The translations under genes were made by a program, and so were the position numbers. Below are positions 20,117 to 29,014 of a stretch of 49,482 nucleotides of DNA, piece after piece; positions within the stretch are counted from its first letter, which is position 1; every line of letters begins with the position of its first letter. The notes under the pieces were generated by a model. That model saw only the letters and a list, made by a program, of their open reading frames with translations. It searched no databases and was not told the DNA's origin. Source of the stretch: Thermoproteota archaeon (lineage in GTDB: Archaea; Thermoproteota; EX4484-205; JAAOZO01); the NCBI GenBank assembly GCA_041479945.1, contig JBGOYZ010000004.1, positions 1 to 49,482 of the forward strand, read 5' to 3'.

Positions 20117-20462
20117 TAATCCTCACTCCTTTTCCGTCCGGTTTCTTCTTTGCCAGTTCGTTGAGACTCAGCACCTTCCCGCCAGCGCTCTGTATCGCCC
20201 TCGCGGAGCTGAGGGAGAAGTGCATTGCAGCGACCGTCAGAGGATGGTCAACCTTCCCGCCTCCGAGAACTTTTCCCGGGACCGCGACCGTTTCTCCGCT
20301 AGTCGTGAGCCTGTTCAGCCTGTCCAAGTTGACCACCGGGAAGTGGCTTCTCGGGCCTCGCACGGTCTCGGACAGAGTTGTCCATATCTCGGCCTTCTTT
20401 CCGGCCTTCTCGAGTTCCAGGCTCAGGTTCCTTCTCCTTTGAGACGTTCGCGCCTTGGGCAA
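20109..20462 (-). CDS. rpl18e: 50S ribosomal protein L18e
   Basis: VNL.RLNR, VPGKVLG.G and FS.SA..AI..AGG motifs. Confidence 0.93.
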   Translation of the reverse strand: MPKARTSQRRRNLSLELEKAGKKAEIWTTLSETVRGPRSHFPVVNLDRLNRLTTSGETVAVPGKVLGGGKVDHPLTVAAMHFSLSSARAIQSAGGKVLSLNELAKKKPDGKGVRIIA

Positions 20463-20465
20463 CTG

Positions 20466-21275
20466 TCAGTTTGCCTCCCCGAGTTCTGACTTGATGCTAT
20501 TGAACCTTTCTTTCATGATGTCGAAGGCTTCAGACACTATCCTGCCCGCCGGGATGGCCCCCGTGGACTCGACGGTGAAGAGCACCGTATCGGGGAGTTC
20601 CGACATCTTGATGGACGGAGGATCGGACGGGCAGGCCTTGACGCAGTCAGCGCATTGGGTGCACTGCTCTGGATCAATTACCGCTATCTTGCCCTTCTCC
20701 AGCCTTATGACACCCTTGGGGCAGGACTCGACACACTTGGCACAAGCATCACACCTCTTGAGGTCTATCTCTATCACTGGCTGGAACTTGTAGTAAACTG
20801 TGGATACTGGTTGAAACTTGGCGTGGGTTCGCCCGGCTCCCAACACTGCATACGCCTCGAGTTTGAGCCTCTTGCCCGGGGCCAGCTTCGTGATCGTGAT
20901 GTTCGGCGTGACGGGCTTGACCGCCGGGTCATCGCTGGTCAATTGTCCCGAGGTCACCTCGAGGACACCATCCTTGGCTTGCAAGTCGATCGTGAGAGTC
21001 GCCCTTGACCGCTGGTCATCACGCTTCGTGTCGGCGTCCTTCGGAAAAACGTACGTGCCCTGAGGAGGCGTGGTCAGCGGGATCATCGCCAAGACATGGG
21101 CAATGTGTTCGTCGCTCATCGGGCTCTCGTTCTCTATGAAAACCACATCTTCCACTGCAAGCGTCGGAACCTCAGTAAGAATAACCCTGCGCAGACAGTT
21201 GGCGAGCGACGGGCTCGTGTCGCTCCACCTGAACCTGAGCTCCTCATCTGAACCTGATATAACGGATAATCCCAT
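20466..21275 (-). CDS. rpoD: RNA polymerase subunit D (Rpo3) with ferredoxin-like insert
   Basis: AN.LRR....EVPTLA, HAKFQP, two CxxCxxC(xxx)CP clusters and VESTGA. Confidence 0.95.
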   Translation of the reverse strand: MGLSVISGSDEELRFRWSDTSPSLANCLRRVILTEVPTLAVEDVVFIENESPMSDEHIAHVLAMIPLTTPPQGTYVFPKDADTKRDDQRSRATLTIDLQAKDGVLEVTSGQLTSDDPAVKPVTPNITITKLAPGKRLKLEAYAVLGAGRTHAKFQPVSTVYYKFQPVIEIDLKRCDACAKCVESCPKGVIRLEKGKIAVIDPEQCTQCADCVKACPSDPPSIKMSELPDTVLFTVESTGAIPAGRIVSEAFDIMKERFNSIKSELGEAN

Positions 21276-21300
21276 CGAAACGAGCCGTGCGTCTCAACTT

Positions 21301-21344
21301 GTTATAAACGTTAGCTTCGCTCGTGTCAGCGATGTCTTTATTAG
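21301..21344. promoter_or_regulatory. Divergent TATA boxes for rpoD (TTTATAA, minus strand) and rps11 (TTTATTA, plus strand)
   Basis: Each lies about 26 nt upstream of its start codon, consistent with leaderless transcripts. Confidence 0.55.
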
Positions 21345-21369
21345 CCGCTGCAGGCGCTCGGCTTGAACG

Positions 21370-21765
21370 ATGAGCGAGAAGGCCGAGAAGTGGGCGATTG
21401 TCCACATCTACTCCAGCTTCAACAATACCATAGTCCATGCCACCGACTTATCTGGAGCCCAGACTCTGGCGTTCTCGAGCGGAGGCAGGCACGTGAAGGC
21501 TGACAGGCTCAAGCCGAGTCAGTACGCCGCAATGAGCGCGGCATTTGCTGTGGCCGGACAGCTCAAGGAGAAGAAGATCACGCACCTGCACATTGCTGTC
21601 AGGGGCGTAGGCGGGCATATGTCAAGGACGCCAGGACAGGGCGCGCAGTCCGCCATAAGGGCTCTGGCCAGGTCGGGGTTCGCGATAGGCCGAATAGAGG
21701 ATGTTACGCCGATACCGACGGACGGAACTAGAAGGCCCGGCGGCAGAAGAGGCCGCAGAATGTAG
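21370..21765 (+). CDS. rps11: 30S ribosomal protein S11 (inverted relative to neighbours)
   Basis: [18 protein letters not shown] and [22 protein letters not shown] motifs. Confidence 0.97.
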   Translation: MSEKAEKWAIVHIYSSFNNTIVHATDLSGAQTLAFSSGGRHVKADRLKPSQYAAMSAAFAVAGQLKEKKITHLHIAVRGVGGHMSRTPGQGAQSAIRALARSGFAIGRIEDVTPIPTDGTRRPGGRRGRRM

Positions 21766-21768
21766 ACC

Positions 21769-22239
21769 TCACTCGGCTTTCGCCAAGTGCTTTTCCTCGT
21801 CCCGCGTGACTATCCTTCCGGGAGTCCTCACGACTACTCCGTTCATGGTGACATTGCCGTGAGTGATCATCTGCCTGCTTTCGTACAGGGACTTCGCCAA
21901 GCCCTTTGCTTGGACTATTGACTGAAGCCTCCTTGAGAGGATCGAACTCCGGTCCAATGATAGGACTGACTCAAGTGTTGACTTCTCCTCGACCAAACCG
22001 AGGCGGTGCAGCCTCGATATCAGCTCCTTCTCCGTTGAGGCTCTCTCACCAGGCGGGAGTGCTAGGTAAGACCTAGCCGTCCTCCTTATCTTGCGGAGGA
22101 AGGATTCGGCCGTGTACAGCTCCCTCTTGGATCGCAGTCCGTACTGGCCCATCATGGGGAGTTCCTCAGTCAGCCTGTCCGCGTCCCAGGGCCTTCTTGG
22201 TCTGACGACTGTGCTCCTTATTCTCCGAGGATCTCCCAT
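21769..22239 (-). CDS. rps4: 30S ribosomal protein S4
   Basis: MGDPRR, P..PW, YGLR.KREL, RRLQ and RQ.ITHG motifs. Confidence 0.95.
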   Translation of the reverse strand: MGDPRRIRSTVVRPRRPWDADRLTEELPMMGQYGLRSKRELYTAESFLRKIRRTARSYLALPPGERASTEKELISRLHRLGLVEEKSTLESVLSLDRSSILSRRLQSIVQAKGLAKSLYESRQMITHGNVTMNGVVVRTPGRIVTRDEEKHLAKAE

Positions 22240-22249
22240 TTGCATTCAC

Positions 22250-22747
22250 CTACTTCTTCTCAGCAGCAGCTGCTGCTTCCTTGGCGGATTCCATCAGGGC
22301 CTTCTTCGAGACACCGACGGTCTTTCCAGTCCTGCCCGTCGTCTTCGTGTGTTGGCCCCTGACCTTCAAGCCCAGCGAGTGCCTTATCCCCTTCCATGAA
22401 CTCGTCCTTCTCATCCTCTCCAAGTCCGATCTGAGCGCTATGTCGATATCGGATCCCACGAGCTGGCTTGTGGTGCCCGTCGATGGGTCGTTTCTCCTGT
22501 TGGTCATCCAAGCTGGGATGTTGAAGCTACTGGGGTCTCGCAAGACCTTCTCTATCTTCTCTACATCCTCATCCGTCAGCTCTCCAGTCTTCATATCAGG
22601 CGGAAGACCGGTGGCCTTGGCTAGGGCGTTCGCGAAGCTGAAACCCACCCCTCTTATCTTGCACAAGCCGACCCTCAGTTTCTGTTCCCCATTGCAGTCA
22701 GTTCCAGCTATCCTGACGATCACCCTCAGCTCTTTCTCTTCTGACAT
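22250..22747 (-). CDS. rps13: 30S ribosomal protein S13
   Basis: IVRIAGTD, IPAWM.NRR.D and GIRH..GLKVRGQ.T.TTGR motifs. Confidence 0.96.
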   Translation of the reverse strand: MSEEKELRVIVRIAGTDCNGEQKLRVGLCKIRGVGFSFANALAKATGLPPDMKTGELTDEDVEKIEKVLRDPSSFNIPAWMTNRRNDPSTGTTSQLVGSDIDIALRSDLERMRRTSSWKGIRHSLGLKVRGQHTKTTGRTGKTVGVSKKALMESAKEAAAAAEKK

Positions 22748-22883
22748 CAGACCGTGCAACCATTCGGACCCTCTATTAATAGTTATTTCCTGTTTCTGGA
22801 CGTGTGAGCGATTCCCTCCTTCTGCGTTAACGTGGTGCGATCACGGATTGTGGAACTGCTAGGATGAGGCGCCCGGGGTGAGA

Positions 22884-22899
22884 CTTTCAGAGCACCTCT
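22884..22899 (-). other. 16-nt BHB intron at tRNA position 59/60
   Basis: UUCA/UGAA central helix, AG|A and AG|U bulges, GAG/CUC inner stem, T stem as outer helix. Confidence 0.88.
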
Positions 22900-22933
22900 C
22901 TTGAACTCACGCGGGCCCGAAGGCCCACAAGCT

Positions 22934-22944
22934 TTCTGAGCCGG
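22934..22944 (-). other. 11-nt intron at canonical tRNA position 37/38
   Basis: CUGG/UCAG helix closing a 7-nt loop, AA|A bulge, anticodon stem as outer helix. Confidence 0.8.
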
Positions 22945-22952
22945 CTCCAGGC

Positions 22953-22963
22953 ATAGGCGACTA
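22953..22963 (-). other. 11-nt intron at tRNA position 29/30
   Basis: GGGC/GCCU helix closing a 7-nt loop; removal restores CAAGC to pair with GCUUG. Confidence 0.75.
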
Positions 22964-23043
22964 TTGCCCCGTAACCGTGCTTGGGTACCCGGGCGCTGAA
23001 TCCTGATTCGACTCCACGCGATAATAAGATTTCTTCTGCGGGT

Positions 23044-24058
23044 TCATCTCCACATCTTGGGATACAGGTTCCTGTCCATCACAACCCGTTCAACCGCAAC
23101 GGCCATCCCCGTCTTGTCTGTGGCAAGCGCTGAGCCGTCCTTGCTGGCTCTCCCCATTGCCGCGAGTTCTCCCTTGAGGGTCTTGATAGCCACGATCTCA
23201 TGTTGGGCAATAGGCTCCTCAAACGATGATATTCCCCCCACCGCTAGGCTCGCACCGTGACAGACCGCGGCCACTGCGCTGTCTTTGATGTAGATCGAAG
23301 GAAACGTTGAGACAGCGGTCTCCACCGGGAGGAAGATCTTCCTCAACAGGGAATCGTCCCCGTTCCTCCGGTACAGCTCCAAGGAGGCCGCGACATCCCA
23401 CATCGAGTGGGCGTCCTTTTCGAGGAACGGCCCGTCTAGGGTTCTTCTCAACTCTGCCATGTGTGCCCCTGTCCCTAAGAGAAGGCCGAGGTCATTGATG
23501 AGCTTCCTAGCGTAAGTCCCTGATTCGGTTCCGGCCTTGAACAAGACCCTTCTGTCCTTCATCTCTAGCAGATCGAAGTAGTAGATCTCTCTAGTTCTCA
23601 GTCGCCTGCTGACAGCGGATCTGACCGGCGGCCGCTGGTAAATCTCCCCGATGAGTTCCTTCATTGCCTTCCTCACGCGGGCTTCGCCCACCTTCGCGTG
23701 GAGTTCTCCGACTCCGACGTATTCCTTGTTGAAGGTGTGCGTGTACGACATGATGTTAGTAGCATTGCCTGTGAGCACGACGAGCACGCCGGTTACCTGG
23801 GGATTTCCCCGATCAGATCACTAGGGTCCCCGTGTGACCGGCCCTGTCGACTTTGATTAGCCTCTTGAAGTTGGCGACCACATCATGGCTGGTTGGGCCT
23901 TTCTGCTTGTCCAACACCACGGTCGCCAAGTTCATCAGAAGGTCGACTGGCCTGGAGCGCGGGTTATGTCCGTACTCCCAAGATGGCTCGGATTCCTCAC
24001 GAACTATCAGTTTCCTCGTCCTCTGGGGTATCCTCGTCTCTCTCAATCTCCTTTCCAC
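23044..24058 (-). CDS. cbf5: H/ACA pseudouridine synthase Cbf5, spliced: exon 1 24058-23821, exon 2 23804-23044 (332 aa predicted)
   Basis: LDK..GPTSH.V and GHTGTL in exon 1, then DPQVTGVL, KEYVG, YQRPP.RSAV, GTY.RKL and a PUA domain; removing 16 nt restores the catalytic Asp codon. Confidence 0.95.
23805..23820 (-). other. 16-nt BHB intron in cbf5 mRNA (UGAUCUGAUCGGGGAA)
   Basis: CCCU/GGGG central helix, AG|U and AA|A bulges, GAU/AUC inner stem, GGGGA/UCCCC outer helix; same GTLD motif as known crenarchaeal cbf5 introns. Confidence 0.93.
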
Positions 24059-24314
24059 CCATGAACGGGATCAGCCTAGATCTCTTGAGCGCGGTAACGA
24101 CCATCTTGTCAGGAGCATCCTTTCGTATCTTGACTGACTTCTCCAGAGGGGCTAGGTGCCCAATGTTCACCTTCCTCCTCCTGACACCGGTCACTTCCTT
24201 TGGGCCCGTGATCTCCACGTAGTTCTTGTCTATCAGGTTCACCACCACGCACTTACTGCCAGTCTCCCTACCCTTTGTCTTGAGGCATATCCTACCTATT
24301 GATAGCACTGCCAA
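23997..24314 (-). CDS. rpl14e: 50S ribosomal protein L14e
   Basis: IGRIC.K..GRE.G.KCVVV..ID.NYV..TGPK..TGV.RR..N..HL; TTG start. Confidence 0.93.
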   Translation of the reverse strand: MAVLSIGRICLKTKGRETGSKCVVVNLIDKNYVEITGPKEVTGVRRRKVNIGHLAPLEKSVKIRKDAPDKMVVTALKRSRLIPFMGGKEIERDEDTPEDEETDSS

Positions 24315-24883
24315 TTCGGCCAAACCCTCCGTATGTAGGTGGTCACCGCACTGCACAGGATTTTAACGTTGTCCTCGATGGGGAAGAGCGACGTGTCCAA
24401 CATAAGGTGGTAGATTGAGGTGTCTGTTATGTCGATGTCGTAGTACCTCTTGAACCTCTCAAGCTCAGTCCTCTCCCTGAGTTCGGTCTCCATCAGGGCG
24501 CGCGGTTCTCCTATTTCGTCCCTGTTTGCGATCCTCCCGGTCCTCACCTTCAGTGGCGCGAACAGGCATATCCTGAAGGACTCAACCCCTCCAGACAACG
24601 AAAGGTACGGAGCCAGCATGCTGTCGAACACGACGTTGCCCTCAACCAAGAGCCTCTTGCTGCGATCGTCTATCTCTTTGTCAATCGAACGGTCTTTTGC
24701 TGACAGTCGGGTGAGTTCGATGATATCCATTCCTTTCTCCGACGCAACGTCTCTGAACAGCAGGCCCGTGGAAACGTACCGCAACCTCATGCTGTCTGCC
24801 AGAGCCTTGGAGTGGGTGGACTTGCCCACACCGTGTAGACCTCCCACGGCTATTACTGGTCCTCGGGGCCTTGTGATGTCCAT
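24296..24883 (-). CDS. cmk: Cytidylate kinase (archaeal type)
   Basis: GLHGVGKST P-loop, G..FR..A, D..IDD and RF..YY.ID motifs. Confidence 0.9.
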   Translation of the reverse strand: MDITRPRGPVIAVGGLHGVGKSTHSKALADSMRLRYVSTGLLFRDVASEKGMDIIELTRLSAKDRSIDKEIDDRSKRLLVEGNVVFDSMLAPYLSLSGGVESFRICLFAPLKVRTGRIANRDEIGEPRALMETELRERTELERFKRYYDIDITDTSIYHLMLDTSLFPIEDNVKILCSAVTTYIRRVWPNWQCYQ

Positions 24884-24895
24884 GACGGTTTATCC

Positions 24896-25348
24896 TCAGA
24901 CCATACCGAACAACTTCCTCGTCACGATTGAAAAGTAAGACGTTGTCACCACAAACCAAAATACCGAATCCAGACCGACCAGTCCGTCTCCGGGGTTCCA
25001 CAGATAGGTTGACACGTAGGCAACTGTGGTACCTTGAGGTATCAGCCACAACATTAGATAGAACGCGACTAGTGTAACGGCAAGAGAGGCCAGTGTCTGT
25101 TTGAGCGTGGCCGAGGAGACTTCATTCGAAAGCATTTCAATGTACTTCTTCCGCTTCTCAAGGCTCTTCATGACTTTCGTGTCCGAGGCCTTCTTGGCCG
25201 CGTCCAACTGTTCGCGGTAGTCTTTCGCTTCCTGTTGAAGCCTCTTGAGCTTCTCGGGGTTGCTGATCTTGACCGAAAGGAAGGTGTTGCCAGCGGCATT
25301 GAAGACCGCAGCACCGGTCACCAACAGGAGAGAACTGATGAAATCCAT
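24896..25348 (-). CDS. DUF106 / EMC3-TMCO1 (Oxa1 superfamily) membrane protein
   Basis: TM, coiled coil, TM layout ending W..WF....RKLFG; conserved position after adk. Confidence 0.8.
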   Translation of the reverse strand: MDFISSLLLVTGAAVFNAAGNTFLSVKISNPEKLKRLQQEAKDYREQLDAAKKASDTKVMKSLEKRKKYIEMLSNEVSSATLKQTLASLAVTLVAFYLMLWLIPQGTTVAYVSTYLWNPGDGLVGLDSVFWFVVTTSYFSIVTRKLFGMV

Positions 25349-25352
25349 CCGG

Positions 25353-25940
25353 TCACGCGCCCTCCAGCAAGAACTCATAAAGCTTCCCAGCGGCTTGGGC
25401 CGCTTGGTTTCTCCTGTTCAACACGCGTATTACGTCTGCGTTGCAGAGAGAGGCCAGCAAGAAGGCCGCCTGCCTAGTGATGTCCTGCTCAAGCCTCACC
25501 TCGGGGCGGTCTACGACGTCCCTCGTTCTTTCACTGTCCTTGTTTCTCCTGCGTACTATCTCGTCCACGGATGTCTCAACGATGACAAAGGATTCCGGCG
25601 AGATGTTCTCTAGGAACTTGCGGGGGAGCGCGATGAGGTAGCCTCCTCTCGACCTTACCATGAAATGTGTGTCCAGCAGGACTATCGCGGCCTCTTTCTT
25701 GGCTCCCAGAATCTTTGGGACCGAAGCCTCTCTCAGCTCCCTCTGCTGCTTCAGGGTCAGCCCCCTTAGTCCGTCCCTGTCCTGAGCCAGTCCCCTCGCC
25801 ACAGCCTCCTCCAGCATCAGAGTTCCCATGGTGAGCACCCTTGCCTTGATCCCCTTCTGTTGGCACATCTCAACGAAACTGTCCATGACGGTGGTCTTGC
25901 CGACACCGGGTATGCCAACGACTACCGCTAATCGACCCAT
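25353..25940 (-). CDS. adkA: Adenylate kinase (archaeal type)
   Basis: GIPGVGKTTV, G.LM, RD.LR, DTH and RR..D..R.RD motifs. Confidence 0.93.
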   Translation of the reverse strand: MGRLAVVVGIPGVGKTTVMDSFVEMCQQKGIKARVLTMGTLMLEEAVARGLAQDRDGLRGLTLKQQRELREASVPKILGAKKEAAIVLLDTHFMVRSRGGYLIALPRKFLENISPESFVIVETSVDEIVRRRNKDSERTRDVVDRPEVRLEQDITRQAAFLLASLCNADVIRVLNRRNQAAQAAGKLYEFLLEGA

Positions 25941-25977
25941 GTGAGGCGCGCTACCCTTTTCGATTTAAACGTGAGGT

Positions 25978-27414
25978 TCAAGTTAGGCCTGGCAGTATCC
26001 GCCCGAGCCTCGGGTAGAGTTGCGTTATCTGTTCCCGAGCGATATCCTCGTACAGCGAGTACACGATACCCACGCACAGCATGAGCCCAGTACCAGAGCC
26101 AAAGGCTCCGAACATGTCCCCGAGGCTTGCCAGCAAGCCGACAAGGGCCCCGCCCACCACCGTGACCACGCCCAGGTAGTCCGAGATTATCGCCTCCAAA
26201 GGCTTGTTCGATGCCCTGAAGCCCGGGACAACCGCCCCAGCATCCATCAACTGTTGGGCGATCGACCTTGGGTCCATTCCCGCAGTGTAGACCCAGAGTA
26301 TTGAGAAAACTACACAGAAGCTCACCAAGACGAGCATGTAAATCAGACTTCGAACTGGATCTGCCATCGTCTCGGTGATGTTCCTCGGGGCGCTGGTGTA
26401 GTAGACTAGACCGCTCAGAGCACGACCTGAGGTGGCGTTCACCTCGCCGATGATGCCCCCCAGTGTTACGTTCATGAAACCGATCGATGCTATCTGCTTG
26501 TTGCTTTGCACGAAGTAGGAGACAAGCGTCAAGTTCGCGAACACCGCAGCCGCTAGGATTATCGGCAGGGTTGAGACGAACAGGAGCTTGATCGGGTAGT
26601 TACCGCTGAACCCCCTCGCCCTTGCTGATGACACAGGAACCTGTACGCTGACGTTCTCCAAGTACACCACTATCGCCAGAAGCGCCAGCGTGACGAAGAC
26701 TCCGCTGACCGTGGGGAGATTGGGGTCCGGGCTTCTGACGAATAGCATCGCAGGCGTCAGTTTGCCGGCAAGGGCTGCTTGCACGAATGCTATCACTACG
26801 CCATCTGCGAGGCCATCGCTCATTGGGATCGGGGAGAACAGCGACCATGTTATCTCGCGCGCAACTCCGGCGAGGATGAAGAGGCTTATTCCACTGCCTA
26901 TGCCCCAGCCCTTCTGCAACAACTCGTCGAGCATCAAGATCACTATTCCGGCGAAGAGCAGCTGAGCGAATATCACCACCTTCGTGGTCAGATCGAGGGT
27001 TCCGTATGATCCACCGAAAGCGTAGAGGGCAGCCATGACCACAGAGAAGAGAAGGGCGGAAGCCTTGTTTGAGGCAGCGAACAGCTCTCTGTCCTCGGGC
27101 GAGTTCTTGTCGTACGAAATGAAACCGGTTCCGGCCAACAGCTGAAGGATGAGACCACCCGTCACTATGGGTCCGATGCCCAGTTCCGCCAGTGAACCCC
27201 TAGCGCCGCCTATGATGACTCTCATCTGTCTGAGAGGATCTGCGGTCTGCGTTGGAATCCCGAAAAGGTCGATGTAACCCATGATCAGGTAGATTATGAG
27301 GGCGACCGCGGTCCAGATCAATCGCTCAGTCAGGCGAGGCTTTCTTTCCGGCTTCACCACCTCGGGTACAAGCCTGCCCACAGACGCTGTTACCTCAATG
27401 AGTCTTACCAACAC
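25978..27414 (-). CDS. secY: Preprotein translocase SecY (Sec61 alpha)
   Basis: ELGIGPIVT, DELLQKGWGIGSGISLFI, YPIKL, PGFR and GSGTG motifs. Confidence 0.97.
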   Translation of the reverse strand: MLVRLIEVTASVGRLVPEVVKPERKPRLTERLIWTAVALIIYLIMGYIDLFGIPTQTADPLRQMRVIIGGARGSLAELGIGPIVTGGLILQLLAGTGFISYDKNSPEDRELFAASNKASALLFSVVMAALYAFGGSYGTLDLTTKVVIFAQLLFAGIVILMLDELLQKGWGIGSGISLFILAGVAREITWSLFSPIPMSDGLADGVVIAFVQAALAGKLTPAMLFVRSPDPNLPTVSGVFVTLALLAIVVYLENVSVQVPVSSARARGFSGNYPIKLLFVSTLPIILAAAVFANLTLVSYFVQSNKQIASIGFMNVTLGGIIGEVNATSGRALSGLVYYTSAPRNITETMADPVRSLIYMLVLVSFCVVFSILWVYTAGMDPRSIAQQLMDAGAVVPGFRASNKPLEAIISDYLGVVTVVGGALVGLLASLGDMFGAFGSGTGLMLCVGIVYSLYEDIAREQITQLYPRLGRILPGLT

Positions 27415-27426
27415 AGTTCACCAGAT

Positions 27427-27834
27427 CTAGGGTTTCCTGATCGAGCCTCCAGCTGCCTTCACTTTCTCTTCCGCTCTCTTTGACCAAGAGCTTACGATGA
27501 TCTCAACATTCTTAGGAGCGACTCCTCCACCGAGGAGCTTGCCCACGCCCATCGATGAAAGGTCAATGGTCGGCTTCCCGGCCCCTGCCGCTGGCGATGC
27601 TGCGAGACGCTCCAACTGCATGAGGTTCACTGCCTCGACCGGTTTCCTGATCGGCTTGCGTACGAACCCCCTCGTCGGGCCTCCCTGAGCCAGGAACAAC
27701 GCGAACTTGGTACCGGCCCCCCCTGACATACCCCTTCCCCCCTTTCTGCTTGATCTCCTGTGTTGCGCCACTCGGCCCCAGCCGGCGGTGCGACGTCCCC
27801 TCATCTTCCTGGTCTTCCTGAGGTCGTGCGGCAT
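27427..27834 (-). CDS. rpl15: 50S ribosomal protein L15
   Basis: RKTRKMRG.RT.GWG, GGRG, KLLG.G and S..A.EK...AGG motifs. Confidence 0.93.
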   Translation of the reverse strand: MPHDLRKTRKMRGRRTAGWGRVAQHRRSSRKGGRGMSGGAGTKFALFLAQGGPTRGFVRKPIRKPVEAVNLMQLERLAASPAAGAGKPTIDLSSMGVGKLLGGGVAPKNVEIIVSSWSKRAEEKVKAAGGSIRKP

Positions 27835-27841
27835 TGACAGC

Positions 27842-28387
27842 TCACTCTACCCTGATCTCCTCGCCGGAAGGCGCACTCGGGGTCTTCTTGGTCAACGTGA
27901 CTTCAAGTACTCCGTTCTTGTAAGTGGCCTTTCCGGACTTCGGTTCCACCTCGGCGGGCAGGACAAGCTCCTTGAGGTATTTTCTCAGCTTTGACTTGGC
28001 CTCTATCTTCACCTTCCTGCCATCGCAGATGATGTCTATGTCATTCTTCTCTACGCCCGGAACCTCAGCGACCACAGTGATCTCCTTCTCCTTCTCAACG
28101 ACATCGGCAAGCGGTTCTATCTCATCACTAACGTTCGGGGTCAGTCCCTTCCTCTTCACGTTGCCGAACTCCCTGATAACAGGCTTGCCGTCCAGGCCTA
28201 CGCTGATCGAGAAGCCGTAGTACTGAGGATGACCCAACTTGTCCCATTCCTCAGGTGAGAACTCGGAGGAGAACCCCTCAAGCGTGTGGTCCATCTCCTC
28301 GATGTCCTTGAATATCTCCTTCCAGAACTTGTCCAAGTAAGTATACCTCTTTTTCAACCAGTCATCCCACTCATCATCAGGAACCAT
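27842..28387 (-). CDS. hsp20: Small heat shock protein Hsp20 (archaeal type)
   Basis: YYGFSI.VG.DGKP.IREFGN, EPL.DV, AE.PGV.K.DI, A.YKNGVLEV and C-terminal I.VE; ATG 28387 lies about 30 nt after TTTTTAA. Confidence 0.93.
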   Translation of the reverse strand: MVPDDEWDDWLKKRYTYLDKFWKEIFKDIEEMDHTLEGFSSEFSPEEWDKLGHPQYYGFSISVGLDGKPVIREFGNVKRKGLTPNVSDEIEPLADVVEKEKEITVVAEVPGVEKNDIDIICDGRKVKIEAKSKLRKYLKELVLPAEVEPKSGKATYKNGVLEVTLTKKTPSAPSGEEIRVE

Positions 28388-28501
28388 ATCGTGCCTTTCG
28401 TGGTCGGACGACACGCCTTAAAAACCTTCCAGTGATTTGGCCCGCGGGAAAGAGAAGCTTCTGAGGGTCGGAACTATGAACGATGCGACAATCGATTGCC
28501 G

Positions 28502-29014
28502 CTAGATCATTCTGCTGACGAGTTCGTTTATTCCCTTGCCCAGGTGTCCGGAGATCGAAGTATTTCCTTTCTTTCCTCTTCTCGACCGCTCCAGTTTCAC
28601 GTGATATCCCTTTCTCGGAGGGGGGAGCCTGAACCACGGTTTCACCCCGGGCAGGGCTGAGAAGTCAGCCTTGAAGGACAGTAGTGACTTGGCCAACTCG
28701 GCAAAGTCACCAACGCCCAAGTGTTCCTTCAGGTATTCCTGATCCACTTGCTTGTTGCCCGCCAGTCGAGCTCGCTTCTGCAGTAGTCTGGTCAGGGTCT
28801 CTTCGTCAACTTCCCCCCAAGCAACAAAATCCTTGATGTGCTGCAGCGCGCCTATGACGCTCGGTTCGCCTGGATGCAGTGTCGCGGTGTGGACGCGACC
28901 CAGTCGAAGAGCCTCCAGCGTGCCCTTCATGTCTTTCCTGACGTTTACTGTTCCTCTGATCCTAACCACTAACAGCAACGGATTGGCAGCCTGTTGCTTG
29001 CTCAACTTAGGCAC
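28502..29014 (-). CDS. rpl30: 50S ribosomal protein L30 (uL30)
   Basis: VVRIRG, TL..LRL, WGE, FRL.PPRKG and INEL..RM motifs. Confidence 0.93.
   Translation of the reverse strand: MPKLSKQQAANPLLLVVRIRGTVNVRKDMKGTLEALRLGRVHTATLHPGEPSVIGALQHIKDFVAWGEVDEETLTRLLQKRARLAGNKQVDQEYLKEHLGVGDFAELAKSLLSFKADFSALPGVKPWFRLPPPRKGYHVKLERSRRGKKGNTSISGHLGKGINELVSRMI

Larger units (their letters stand above)
22870..22994 (-). tRNA. tRNA-Ser(GGA) with three introns (29/30, 37/38, 59/60); 87 nt after splicing, CCA not encoded
   Basis: Acceptor GCCCGGG/CCCGGGC plus G73; anticodon stem CAAGC/GCUUG with loop CUGGAGA; long variable arm GGGCC-UUCG-GGCCC; T arm GUGAG-UUCAAGU-CUCAC after intron removal. Confidence 0.88.

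Noticed and set aside
28545-28610. Slightly long, divergent C-terminal loop in L30 as a possible in-frame micro-intron
   Set aside because: No convincing BHB pairing; compatible with ordinary protein divergence.
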